NCBI RefSeq assembly: GCF_006345805.1 | Contig: NC_042999.1 | Span: 20,584,001-20,648,000, forward strand | Direction of reading: 5' to 3' | Source of the DNA: Octopus sinensis | Taxonomy: Eukaryota | DNA length: 64,000 nucleotides | Shown here: piece after piece, positions 25,585 through 38,524 of the stretch | Position numbering within the stretch: the stretch's first letter is position 1 | Layout of the letters: the number at the start of each line of letters is the position of its first letter | Made by a program: the position numbers and the translations under genes | Notes under the pieces: model-generated | The model's input: only the letters and a program-made list of their open reading frames with translations | Told to the model about the DNA's origin: nothing | Database searches by the model: none

Positions 25585-26410
25585 ATTTCTATATGGCCCA
25601 CATGGGGCTAACACAGAGGGGACAAAGAAGGACACACAAAGGGATTAAATCTATTACATCGACCCCAGGGCGTAACTAGTACTTATTTAATCGACCCCGA
25701 AAGGATGAAAGACAAAGTCGACCTCGGCAGAATTTGGACTCGGTATCTCACGGCAGACGAAATACTGCTAAGCATTTCGCTCGACATGCTAACGATCCGA
25801 CCAGCTTGTCGCCTTTTTATACACAACAAAGAAACGAATAGTGGCAAGTTAAATCTAGGCATCGGTTTGGTGGGACTCTTCATGATATGAAGAAAGTCCA
25901 ACTCTGATTTCACATCCCCTGCTATCTCACAGCGATTCAAAGACCATATTACGTATATTACTATGGGTTCAGGAGGCTCATCTATATGAACGATTACTCT
26001 GCCTTTGACAATTACAAAAAAAATATTGGTTTCAAAATTTGACACATGGTCAGCAATTATGAGACAGGGAGTAAATCGATTACATCGACTGATATTTATT
26101 TTATCGACCTTGAAGCCAAAGTCGACCTCGACGGAATTTCAACGCAGAAGGTATAGACCAACGAAATGCTACAAAGCATTTTGTCAGGCATTTCCGAATC
26201 TGTTAAGTACAACACATTCTATTCTACTCTAGGCACAAAGGTCAGTCGTGCAGATCGAACCCCAGTGCGTAACTGGTACTTAATTTATCGACTCCGAAAG
26301 GATGAAAGGCAAAGTCAACCTTGGCGGAATTTGAACTCTACACGTAAAGATAGACGAAATACCGCTAAGCCTTTCATCTGGCGCCCTAACGTTTCTGCCA
26401 GCTCGCCGCC
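25585..26410 (-). mobile_element. Cluster of SINE B copies (~25585-25814, ~26030-26190, ~26215-26410)
   Basis: Repeated family B core on the minus strand. Confidence 0.75.
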
Positions 26411-26631
26411 CTGTAAGAAACAACACATTGTATGATACGCGCTCTTATTAAAAGAGACTAAAAAGAAGATGGGACGTTCTTCAATTGACTACATTCAGAT
26501 AATATGAATTTTCAATCAGGGCTCTTCTGAGTCTAAGTTATAAGCAGTTACGTTAAACTGAAATAATGAACAAAATACATAAGACAACAGCGATAAAAGC
26601 GACGACCAGGACGATATCTATGAGGATGATA

Positions 26632-26662
<31 letters not shown>

Positions 26663-26989
26663 CAACGACGATGATAATGCTGACAATGAGGATGACGGTG
26701 ATAACGACGACGATGCTAACAACGCAGGTGACACCCGAAGACGTTGGTGAGGATGATGTTGATGGCAATATTCTTACATAAAGACGAATGGAAATGGCCA
26801 CAGCTGCGAAGCTAAAAGCAGATCACGTTGGAACGTCACTGGGAAATTGCCACTAGTTAAACATTGAAATATCTGCCATGAGCAGTCATCTAAGTCTGGG
26901 TTAAATCCAACTCCGCTGTCTCCGGTTTGAAGGAGTTGCTTCAAAATTTGATATAAATGCTCCTTTCAATTGTTTCTTTTATTCATTAG

Positions 26990-27115
26990 ACTATATATAT
27001 ATACATATATGTACATATATATTAAAATGTATATATACATATACATATATATATACTAATATATATACATATATATATACTAATATATATACATATACAT
27101 ATATATGTACATATG

Positions 27116-27153
<38 letters not shown>

Positions 27154-27270
27154 TATATAATATACATAATATATATGTATATATATGCATATATATGTAT
27201 ATATATATATATATATTATACGTATTAATATATATGTATATATATATATATATATATATACGTATTAATA

Positions 27271-27315
<45 letters not shown>

Positions 27316-27502
27316 TAATATATATTTACATATATACATATATGAATATATGTATATATATACATATATATACATAAATGGATACATGTATATATATACA
27401 TACATATATATATATATATATGTATACATATATGTATTAATATGTATATATATAATATATATATATATATATGCATATATAATGAATATATATGCAGATA
27501 TG

Positions 27503-27553
<51 letters not shown>

Positions 27554-27560
27554 TATATAT
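26990..27560. repeat. (TA)n-rich microsatellite
   Basis: Direct inspection; similar blocks at 28135-28610 and 29360-29570. Confidence 0.95.
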
Positions 27561-28216
27561 TATTTCTTATTTTTTATTTGCTTTCATTGGTTTCTCTATT
27601 TCTTCATTTCCCATTAGTACTGCGCGCTAACATTAGATGGTGAAATAACTACACAGATAAATAAACATCATATCAGTTGAGATCTTTTTATATGCTGTTA
27701 TTTAGCTATAAAATATATATTAGAAAGAAATACTAATAAAAGACGGTCGCTATTCCTATTGTTGTTATCATTATCATCATCATCATTACCACTATCGGAA
27801 TCTGCACCATCACCACCTATACCATCATTGTGTTAGACTTTAGCATATAAGAGAAAAGCTATTTTAAATATACGTTTTAGGTTGTGTCAAGATTCATAAC
27901 GTCATGCACGCAAAATTGAACAATTTCAGTGAGAAATGGATGAGAATGTTCTCGATGCTTTTCACGAAAAATATTAAAATCAATAGAGACAGAAACGTAA
28001 ATTTCTTTGAGAATAGCTACAAATGCAATATTTAGCTAATTTCCATCATCACTTACACGTTTCAGGTCAAAAACGTAGAAATTTTCTATTAAAAATTATA
28101 AACAACAACAAAATAACATTTACGAAAAAGTGAACGCATATATATTATATATATATATATACAGATAGATAGATAGATATGGATATATATATATATACAT
28201 ACATACATGTATATAT

Positions 28217-28278
<62 letters not shown>

Positions 28279-28360
28279 ATACGGCATCTATGTATACGTA
28301 TATGTATAAAATGCGTATGTATATATATAATGCATATGTATACATGTATATGTGTGTTTA

Positions 28361-28397
<37 letters not shown>

Positions 28398-29362
28398 GCA
28401 TGTATATGCATGTAATCTTTGTATATACATGTGTAATATATGTGTATTAATCTATATAAATGCATATATATGTGTGTGTGCAAGTGCGTGTGCATGTGCC
28501 TCAACGTCTATGCATGTGTATTTAAATATATATGTATGTAAATGTGTGAATATATATATACATATACATTTAGAGACAGATAGATAGATGTGTATATATA
28601 TATATATATACCTGTAATATCGTATATGTAATTACACACTGACGCATGCAGTCTGTCACTCACACACAGGCAGACACATGAACACCCACACATACACACA
28701 GACATGCACAACAGTTTAAACCAAGTTCCTCACAGTTACTATGGTGATCAATTTTCTTCGCAAATCTTATATGATTTATCCATCAGCTTTATAAGAAGAA
28801 ATATGTTCAGTAACTCCACTTCAGTGAAAGATTGTTAATTATTTTCAAGTTTCTAAGTTACATTACATTACATTACTTCTTAGATGTATTCTGTCCACAC
28901 ATTGTAGGTCAGCTCATCTTCTCTTGGCTGGCGCTGTCTTCATCTAAGGAGATAATAGATAAGAAAAGACAAGCCACTTCACAGGCCTTTAATTTCTTTT
29001 CCGTAAGAGATAAATTGATATCTTAATATTTGACAGAGTACCAGATATTACTTTGTGGATGTGATTAAATACATTAATAGCATTTTGCCCGCCTGTATTC
29101 CCAATTTATTTTCAGTATGATGTTTTATTCTCTCTCAATTTCTTGGGCTGATAGACATGGGGATGTGTCGGTGATAGTCTGAACTTTGCTGATGAAGCTA
29201 GATTTACTAAACATGAATGTGCTATCTTGTTTAAGCCAGTTTATTATGAAATGGTCCCGGAAACTAGTGACATATCGTAGGTAATGAAAGAAGGCGTGCT
29301 GAACATTATGTAAGATAATTTAAGGTATTGTTTTAGAAAATAAATGCCTTAGATTTAAATTA

Positions 29363-29421
<59 letters not shown>

Positions 29422-30174
29422 GCATGTGTATATATATACACATATATACATATATATACATATATTTACATATATATATATATACATACATATACATATA
29501 TATATATATACATACATAGATATAGATATAGATATTATATATATATATATGTGTGTGTATGTGTGTAATCAATAAACAGGGTAGAAAAGTGTAATACATA
29601 CATCTTGTTCAAAAGTATATTAGAATCATATGCTGAGATAAACATTTATCTAACTTCACATATGTTTCCACAATGAAATTCTATATATTCCACATTATCT
29701 ACTCGGTTTATAGACGTACCATGCATTCGCTTAAATCCAGGGTATTTATTTCATAAAAGAAAACCAAATTTTCACATGTTCGCTACCCACTATTTCGTCC
29801 GTTGGCATCATTAAAGGAGGTAATACATTAATAATTATTTCGAATAAAATCTGCTTTTCAACTCCAGCCACACATTATTTCACAGATGTTAATCTACAGT
29901 TTGTCGTGTTCTATGTGAAGAATATCATCTTCACCGTTCTAAGTGACAAATACAAGCTGAATTACAAAGAAATGCAAAGGAAAAGCAAGGACCACCCCGC
30001 GAATATGCATGATATACATCCATCCTGATGCGTATGCCAAGGATACTATATGATGCTATTTTTATAATTTATTGTTCATCTTTTACTTTAGCCTGCAGCC
30101 ATCCTGTGTCACCGCCTTGGAATCTTTTTAGACGAATGAATTGAACACTGTACTTTTTTTTAATGCATAGTCCA

Positions 30175-30600
30175 CTTACGCACTGGGGTCGATATAATCG
30201 ACTTAATCCGTTTGTCTGTCCTTGTTCGTCCCCTCTGTATTTAGCCCCTCGTGGGTAGTAAAGAAGTAGGTATTTCGTATGCCGTTACGTTCTGAGTTCA
30301 AATTCCGCCGAGGTCGACTTTGCCTTTCATCCTTTCGGGGTCGATTAAATAAGTACCAATTACGCACTGGGGTCAATATAATCGACTTAATCGGTTTGTT
30401 TGACCTTGTTTGTACCCTCTGTGTGTAGCCCCTTGTGAGTAGTAAAGAAATAGGTATTTTCGTCTCTCTTTACGTTCTGAGTTCAAATTTCGTCAAGGTC
30501 GACTTTGCCTTTCATCTTTTCGGGATCAATAAATAAATTACCAGTTGTGTACTGGAGTCGATCTGATTTCAGGCCTTGTGTCTAGGGTAGAAAAGATTAT
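30175..30600 (+). mobile_element. SINE family B multimer (5'-truncated)
   Basis: Tandem ~180-bp units, then tail GGCCTTGTGTCTAGGGTAGAAAAG. Confidence 0.85.
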
Positions 30601-31245
30601 AGTGAACTGCAATGAAAACTTGTCTTTCGTGATCAAGCATAAGTAGATCAATTGAAATTTATAGTCGTTTCATTCTTAATTAGTACTTTATGTTATTGAC
30701 CTCAGAGATTGGCTGACAGGTGAAAGTCACGCTGGATTATAATACATTGGTAATAATTCTATTTTGTTGGATTGGATTGCCTACATCTAGTCCACTGCGG
30801 GACGAAGGCCTTTGCATGTTCTCTCTACTAACCAGTCTGATGTGGAGGCCGTGAATTTGAGCATGAGATCATACTGGTATGATGAGTCACCGCTCCCATA
30901 TAGGCCCGATATAGCTTGATAGAGGAGTAGAGTTTTATTATTCTTACCCAGTGTTCGGGTGATAATTCTTTTATCGGGTGGTATTTATTTTAACGGAAGA
31001 TTAACCGTTCTAATCTATGACAGATGATTGAGTGTGATGAGGTTAATGCATCGAAACAGAGAATGATTAGTCACTCCGGTAATTACAATTCGACGAAATT
31101 TAAGTCTGCACATTTAACGCTTCCATTTAATTTGGTCATTATAATTATTTTTATTGAAATTGTATTTGAGTTGGTAAGTATTGAGGATATGTTATAAATT
31201 TCAACTTCAAACCTCCTAGATGTCAATAAATTTTAGACACATTAA

Positions 31246-31642
31246 GGGGGCGAGCTGGCAGAAACGTTAGCACGCCGGGCGAAATGCGTAGCCGTATTTC
31301 GTCTGCCGTTATGTTCTGAGTTCAAATTCCGTAGAGGTCGACTTTGCCCTTCATCATTTCAGGGTCGATTAAACAAGTACCAGTTACGCACTGGGGTCTA
31401 TATAATCGACTTAATCCGTTTGTCTGTCCTTGTTCGTCCCCTCTGTGTGTAGCCCCTTCTGGGTAGTAAAGAAATAGGTATTTCGTTTGTCTCTACGTTT
31501 AGAGTTCAAAATCCGCCGAGGTCGACTTTGCCTTGTATCCTTTTGCGGTCGGTAAATTAAGTATCAATTGCGTACTGGGGTCGTTCTAATCGACTGGCCC
31601 CTCACCAAAGATTTCTGGCCTTGTGCCTTGAGTAGAAAAGAA
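31246..31642 (+). mobile_element. SINE family B dimer
   Basis: Head GGCGAGCTGGCAGAAACGTTAGC, two core units and a tail. Confidence 0.9.
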
Positions 31643-32106
31643 CAAAATTCTAGACACTGAACGCAGCTCATGTTTTAGGGAGAGAGAGTCTGTTCACACT
31701 GCAGTTAAACATTTGTTTGTTTCTTGTGGTTGTCTGAGCCGAATGAAAGTGATAGTATTTTAAGAATGTTGTTTTAGTAGCGCTCTCAAGTGTTGTATAA
31801 GTGACAGTGTGCAATGCTGTCTTAAAACATGGGGACATCGGGAAGTTTTTCATAGGGCCTCACGGTTCTACAAGCCCAATTTTGATGCTGCAGCTTTCTG
31901 TCAACTGTATATTTATCAGAGGGCTCAGTGCACTAATTTGTCCGGGGTCCTATAATGCCACTAAGACAGCCCATACTACAAGGCAATAATGATGGAGCTT
32001 CTGCGGAATTAATGAAACATAGTTGAGGATATTTAGCGCAGAGACCCTGCAAACCTTTTCACCGGCATTTTATGCAAACACATATACATACGTATATATA
32101 TATATT

Positions 32107-32160
<54 letters not shown>

Positions 32161-32161
<1 letters not shown>

Positions 32162-32361
32162 CTCGTTTACTCATTTACTTGTTTCAGTCATTTGACTGCG
32201 GCTTCTTTCAGTTGCCGTCTACCAAATGCACTCACAAGTCTTTGGTCGGCCCGAGGCTATAGTAGAAGACACTTCCCCAAAGTGCCACGTAGAGGGACTG
32301 AACCCCGGAACCATGTGATTGGTAAGCAAGCTATTTACAATACATCCACTCCTGCGCCTAT
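32161..32361 (-). mobile_element. SINE A with internal deletion
   Basis: Tail CAGTCATTTGACTGCGG fused directly to the head half. Confidence 0.75.
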
Positions 32362-33145
32362 TCTTTAAAGAATAAAAAATTTTTAAATGGTGCAACAATG
32401 CACTATAATTCAAACAATGTGTTTAAGTCATCGATAGTCTGATAATATTTCGGAATAAAATTCCTTCTTCAGATATTCTTAGATGGAGTCGCTACAATAA
32501 TCGATTTTCCAACAGCTTTTTTTTTTCTTTTTTTTCTTCTGAAGTGTCTCAGCAGTGGTCTCACGAAGCTCTTTCCGTGAGGTCGGCTATGTTTCAATCT
32601 CGTGTGTGCTGGTACATTCGTAGCGCTGTTTCTTAGTTATATATATGTGTGTGTGAGTATGTGTGTGTAGATATGTATATATTGATCTAAGTATCTATAA
32701 TTTTATATATACGTATATATATATTGTTAATCTTTCTCGTATTCAGGTCTTGTGTTTAAGCAATCTATATTAAAGTAAGTAACTGTCGTGGCTTACATGA
32801 ATTTAGTAGAGAAAATAAAGTATATTGAGATTTATCACAAACTATTTGTGTCTTCCTTGCGCAACAGCAGGTTTATTGCTTGTGAGGAGATCCAGTTTGA
32901 ACTTGACAAGATATGAGATATTAACTTTTGATCTACAAATATAACTGACATAGCTTTATGGTGAGGAAAGCCATAAATTTTAATTGTCTTTTTTAACATT
33001 TATTCGCGGTATCTTATAACTATTTTCTCTTCCTATGTTTGGCCAAACACTGTGAAGCATTATATTTCGGTTTTTCTTATTTTGCTTTCAACGTTATCTT
33101 TTAATTTAATTCATTATTATTATTAATTCATATTATTATTGTAGC

Positions 33146-33214
<69 letters not shown>

Positions 33215-33862
33215 CATCATCATTCTTTTGCATTTATTATGCACTTGTTATTTGCTAAGAGTTATGAGAGTGTTAAAAGATCTGTTGAAGGAATTAAAAG
33301 AAAACATATCAACATTAAAAAAAAAATGTGAACTATTAGAATAAATGATGCAACAGTTCAGAACAAAAAGTTTTGTTTATAAAACACTATCTTATTGCCG
33401 TTTCCACCATATCATTCGTGTATCTGGTAGAGTGTGTGTAGTTGTCTTTCGGACATTGAGTGCCTTCGTGTGTATGTAATAAGACGTCTGTGAGTGCTTT
33501 GTAATGAGACGAATGTTCGTATGTGTATGTGTGTGTGTATGTGTTTATGCAAGGTTTATAATGCTGCAGGCAAGTATTGATTGTATGCTATGAGTTCTCT
33601 TCACTCCATAATCAGAGTCAGAGTAAAGGTGAATGATTAAAGTCTGTGGTTATGTAAGCAGAAAAATCTGTTTGGAAAAGAAAGAGAAAGAGAAAGAGAG
33701 AGAGGGAGACCTTTTTATATGGATGTAAGTTTTTATTTTATTGTATTGTGTATATAACTTCTAGTGTGAGTACATTTGAGTGTGCGTGTGCGTGTGCGTG
33801 TGTTTGTGTGTGTGTGTATGCGTGTGTGTGTGTGTGTGTGTGTGTTTGTGTCTGTGTATGCG

Positions 33863-33893
<31 letters not shown>

Positions 33894-34724
33894 TTGAATT
33901 TGCAGTTGCCACTGAATACTAATATATTTTAGCAGAATAGAATCATGAACAAGGAGAAAGAGAATACGGTAGACCATTGATACAATTATGTTGTTAGCCT
34001 CAGGGTAGCTCTGAGAGAACAAATCTATGAAGACATTACAGCCATGCCCCAAACGTCTTTATACCAGACAAAGTCTATCTAGGACTATATTATCTAATGT
34101 ATCATTACTTTAGTGAGACTACCATTCGAGGGGAATTTATTTTGCTATCTATAATTTAACAGGTAAGACACTCATCGGCATTTGTAACTTTAGAAAAGAT
34201 ATAAAAAAGATCGAGACTATAAACACTGCGCATTACTGTGTAAAACATCTTAACTTTTGCACATACTACTCAATTGTCCGTATTCGGAAAAGATGGTGTC
34301 TTTGATCGGTAGTGGTACATTGAAGATCTGTTTAACTACATGTGAGAACGAGATCGCCATGACCCAAGTAATTCTATGTCAGCTTATTGAATTTTATCTA
34401 GGTGTTCTGTGCAAGATTGTAATTAAAATAAAATGATTTGGTATGGAATAGAAAGATTCCAAATTTATCTTGCTGGAATGTTCTACAAAATATTAGCGTA
34501 ATCTTGAAAATAAATATGAGTTTGTCATGGACAAGTCAATACCAACCCGTGATTAGAGTTTGTTGGAAAAATTAGAACAGGATGCTCAGTAAAATATTTT
34601 GTGAATAACTGAAATGTCTGAACTGCGAGAGCATAAAAAATGACATTTTTGGAAGAGTGTCGCGCAAAATGTGCGATGAAGTATAATATTCTATTAGTTT
34701 TGTTGCGCTCTCTGCTATTTTTTA

Positions 34725-34949
34725 TCTTTTACTTCAGACATTGGACTAACATCATGCAGGGGCACCTCCTTACCGGCTTCAACAATTTGATGCCAGTATT
34801 TATTTTTTTAAAGTAGAATACTCATGCTTTTGGTCTCTTTGCCGAATAATTACGTGACGGGGTTTAAACCAGACCACAACACAACACTGGTTGTCAAGTA
34901 CTTTAGGAGGACAAACCAAAATACAAACAGACATACATACACAAACACG

Positions 34950-34997
<48 letters not shown>

Positions 34998-35090
34998 GAC
35001 TAGAGGCTATATCAGCCGAAGCGTTGTGTTAAGAAACAAGATGAGGACAAATATCCGTCAATTGTATATAATGTAAATAATGAACATAGC
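34725..35090. mobile_element. Diverged SINE A tail (minus), (TA)n, then a truncated H1 fragment (plus, ~34993-35090)
   Basis: ATGAAGACTAGAGGCTATATCAGCCGAAGCGTTGTGTTAAG..CAAGATGAGGACAAATAT matches H1. Confidence 0.6.
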
Positions 35091-35100
35091 TTAAATTATA

Positions 35101-36110
35101 AACCGCGATAGGTGAACCGCGATGTGGCGAGGGACTACTGTACTGAGTTATCAAACCTGTAATATATTATTAAAAATTCTAGACGAGGACAATCAATAGA
35201 AGTGATGAAAGTGTTAAAATGGAGTGGAACATCGCATCATTCCAAGACGAAAGACAGAAAACAAACAAAAGCAGTAATTAGCATCTATAAAAGGTTGCCA
35301 CAAAAACTAAAATGGGCTAAAACCATGCTCTCGGCAAATCAAAAGTCTGTGATATTATACCAAATAGGAAACACTTTGAAGATGAAATCAAAGTCGTCCT
35401 TCGTCATCGAATTTCCAAGCAAGATGAATCATTGTAACTGAAATGGAAAGTCTTTTGTGAATTTGGATCGAATATCGCAATCGAAAGAGCATTTTCATCA
35501 AAAAGTAGTCTATCTGTCTGAAACAGTTCAAAGAAAACGGAAAGAAGAAGAGAAAAATGAAAAGCAAGACAATAATGAAAATTGTTCTGTCATTACTGAA
35601 TGGTACATGATTCGAAAACGATGTGGAATATGTTCTGATAATGTTTTAAGTGAGTGTCAATCTCACACAGGAGCCGAACTAATTCCTTTACACTTTTATT
35701 ATTTTACGTGTTTCAGTCATTTAACTGCAGCCATGCTGGAGCACAGCCTTCAGTCGAGCACATCGACCCCGGGACTTATTATTTGTAAGCATAGTACTTA
35801 TTCTATTGTTCTCTTTTGCCGAACCGCTAAGTGACGGGGACAGAAACACAGTAGCGTCGGTTGTCAAGCAATGCTAGGGGAACAAACACAGACACACAAA
35901 CACATCCATATATATATGTATATATGCATATATACAACAGACTTCTTTCAGTTTCCGTCTACCTAATCCACTCACAAGGCTTTGGTCGGCCCGAGGCTGT
36001 AGTAGAAGAAACATGCCCAAGATGCCACGCAGTGGGACTGAACCCGTTCTCCAAGAATATCAACATTCTTGAAGAACAAATTATAAAAGTTCATGAATCA
36101 GGATTTCGAA
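35101..36110 (+). pseudogene. Highly degenerate pogo/Tigger-like transposase remnant (split by SINE A) next to a Tigger-like terminus
   Basis: EMESLL*IWIE (CENP-B-type HTH) at ~35440; EQIIKVHESGF (cf. EQIFNxDETGL) at ~36075; GCGAGGGACTACTG|TA at 35127-35142. Confidence 0.45.
35695..36045 (-). mobile_element. SINE family A
   Basis: Reverse complement of the family A copies. Confidence 0.9.
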
Positions 36111-36328
36111 ACGAATGCCTTATAAAACTTAATTGATAAAGGAAGGAAAAGAGTAACCTGATTTCAAAACTGCCAATGCGTCAAAACGTTTCTGATAATT
36201 TAAATTGAAAACACGTATTGAACTATCGATCAGCAGAAACCTTTATTTTTAAAGGGTTATTCGTACTCTACACTCCTCGAAGAAATAAGAGGGACAATAG
36301 AAAGAAGGTTTAAATTCCACAAGTAACA

Positions 36329-36492
36329 TAGGTGTAGGAGTGGATGGATGGTAAGTAGCTTGCATACGAACCACATGGTTCCGGGTCCAGTCCCACTGCG
36401 TGGCACCTTGAGCAAGTGTCTTCTAGAATAGCCTTGGGCCTATCAAAGCCTTGTGAGTGGATTTGGTAGACGGAAATTGAGGGAAACCTCTC

Positions 36493-36535
<43 letters not shown>

Positions 36536-36735
36536 GGATGTGTTTGTGTGTCTGTGTTTGTTCCCCTAACATTGCTTGACAACCGATAGTGGTGTGTTTG
36601 CGCCCCCGTAACTTAGCGGTTCGGCAAAAGAGACCGATAGAATAAGTACTAGGCTTACAAGGAATAAGTCCCGGGGTCGATTTGTTCGACTAAAGGCGGT
36701 GCTCCAACATGGCCATAGTCACATGACTGAAACAA
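36329..36735 (+). mobile_element. SINE family A, full length
   Basis: Head GGAGTGG..GGTAAGTAGCTTGC..GGTTCCGGGTCCAGTCCC through to the tail. Confidence 0.9.
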
Positions 36736-37281
36736 GAAAAAGAGAAAAAGAGAGAGTAGAGAGTAGGAGACCATGTTATCGTTCTTTAAATATATACTTT
36801 TTAAAGAATATAATATCGTTCTTTAAACGGGTTTGGTTCAAAGAATTACAAAAACAGCTTGGGGCTAATGAGGATCGAGGTGAAAATTAATTTACTGCAG
36901 CAATCATATTTGCATATTGGAATAATGAGCAACCAACAATGGAGTTTAATTGAATCATAAAGAGATTAAAAGATTAGCGATGACAAATGTTTAATAACCA
37001 GACTCATGCATTTGGTGTATGAGATAAGATTAGGGATTTTGGTGATAAGGTATTCAAATGGTTTTATAGAAAGTGATGCATGGCTATGTGGTTAGGAAGC
37101 TCACTTAGCAACCACGTGTTTTCGTGTTCAGTCCCATATCACCTTGAAAAACTATCTTATATTATATTCACGGGCCGACCAATGCTTTGTGAATGAATTT
37201 GGCAGGCTGGTAGATGGAAACTATGGAAGCCCATCGTATACATATAATATAATATAATATAATATAATATAATATATATAT

Positions 37282-37569
37282 ATCACCGTGACCGACCAGG
37301 CTATCAGATGTTGCTACACATCGCTGGGTTTCGCATTGTTTTAGCCTACAAATGACGCCACCTCTCTGCCTAAACGAGCAGGTGAACAGAAGAAAGAGTG
37401 AGAAAAAGTTGTGGCGAAAGAGTACAGCAAGGATCGCCCCCACCCCTGCTGGATCTCGTGGAGCTTTAGGTGTTTTCGCTAATAAACACTCACAACCCCC
37501 GGTCTGGGAATCGAAACCGTGGTCCTCCGGCCGCGAGTCCGCTGCCCTAACCACTGGGCTATTGCGCTT

Positions 37570-37572
<3 letters not shown>
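37282..37572 (-). mobile_element. SINE family C head + tail type T3
   Basis: A/B boxes on the minus strand; tail GATGTGTAGCAACATCTGATAGCCTGGTCGGTCACGGTGA. Confidence 0.85.
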
Positions 37573-37605
<33 letters not shown>

Positions 37606-37830
37606 GAAATATTAAAATTACTAAGTCTCTCTAAAAGAGATCACGGCAGCGTTCCTGGAAAATAATAGTTATCGCCATACTAATATGGCATTCTTATAAA
37701 AATAAGAATAAAGCTGTCCGCTTATTAGCTCCATGAGGCCATCGCCTTAAGTTAGCTATTTGATACACAAACTGTATCCATATAACCTTCGAACAAGGGA
37801 GGTCAGTCGCTCCACACTACTTGATCGACA

Positions 37831-37872
37831 GTTACAGACGCGTTTCGGGGTATTGCCCCTTTTCAATGTAGC
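37831..37872 (-). ncRNA. Minimal hammerhead ribozyme, U3:A8 variant
   Basis: Minus strand GCTACA-TTGAAAA-GGGG CAATA CCCC-GAAA-CGCG-TC-TGTAAC. Confidence 0.65.
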
Positions 37873-38248
37873 ATAGTCAGACCAGTAGGTGTCGCTTCCG
37901 ACAATCTCTGTTCGAAGGTTTTATTTACCTAGTTTCAAGTAGTGTGGAGCGACTGACCTCCCTTGTTCGAAGGTTATATGGATACAGTTTGTGTATCAAA
38001 TAGCTAATTTAAGGCGATGGCCTCATGGAGCTAATAAGCGGACAGCTTTATTCTTATTTTTATAAGAATGCCATATTAGTATGGCGATAACTATTATTTT
38101 CCAGGAACGCTGCCGTGATCTCTTTTAGAGAGACTTAGTAATTTTAATATTTCTATTATTGAAAACAAGTGGATGTATTCCACTGAAACTAGGTAAATAA
38201 AACCTTCGAACAGAGATTGTCGGAAGCGACACCTACTGGTCTGACTAC

Positions 38249-38290
38249 GCTACGTTGAAAAGGGGCAATACCCCGAAACGCGTCTGTAGC
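38249..38290 (+). ncRNA. Minimal hammerhead ribozyme, U3:A8 variant, GUC cleavage triplet
   Basis: GCTACG-TTGAAAA-GGGG CAATA CCCC-GAAA-CGCG-TC-TGTAGC; stem I GCTACG/TGTAGC. Confidence 0.7.
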
Positions 38291-38453
38291 TGTCGATCAA
38301 GTAGTGTGGAGCGACTGACCTCCCTTGTTCGAAGGTTATATGGATACAGTTTGTGTATCAAATAGCTAACTTAAGGCGATGGCCTCATGGAGCTAATAAG
38401 CGGACAGCTTTATTCTTATTTTTATAAGAATGCCATATTAGTATGGCGATAAC

Positions 38454-38524
<71 letters not shown>

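Larger units (their letters stand above)
37601..38458. mobile_element. Retrozyme/Penelope-pLTR-like element: one inverted copy + ~1.45 tandem copies of a 362-bp unit, (TA)n-flanked
   Basis: 37936.. repeats at 38298.. (period 362); 37601-37936 is the reverse complement of 38185-38297 joined to 37936-38158. Confidence 0.85.
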
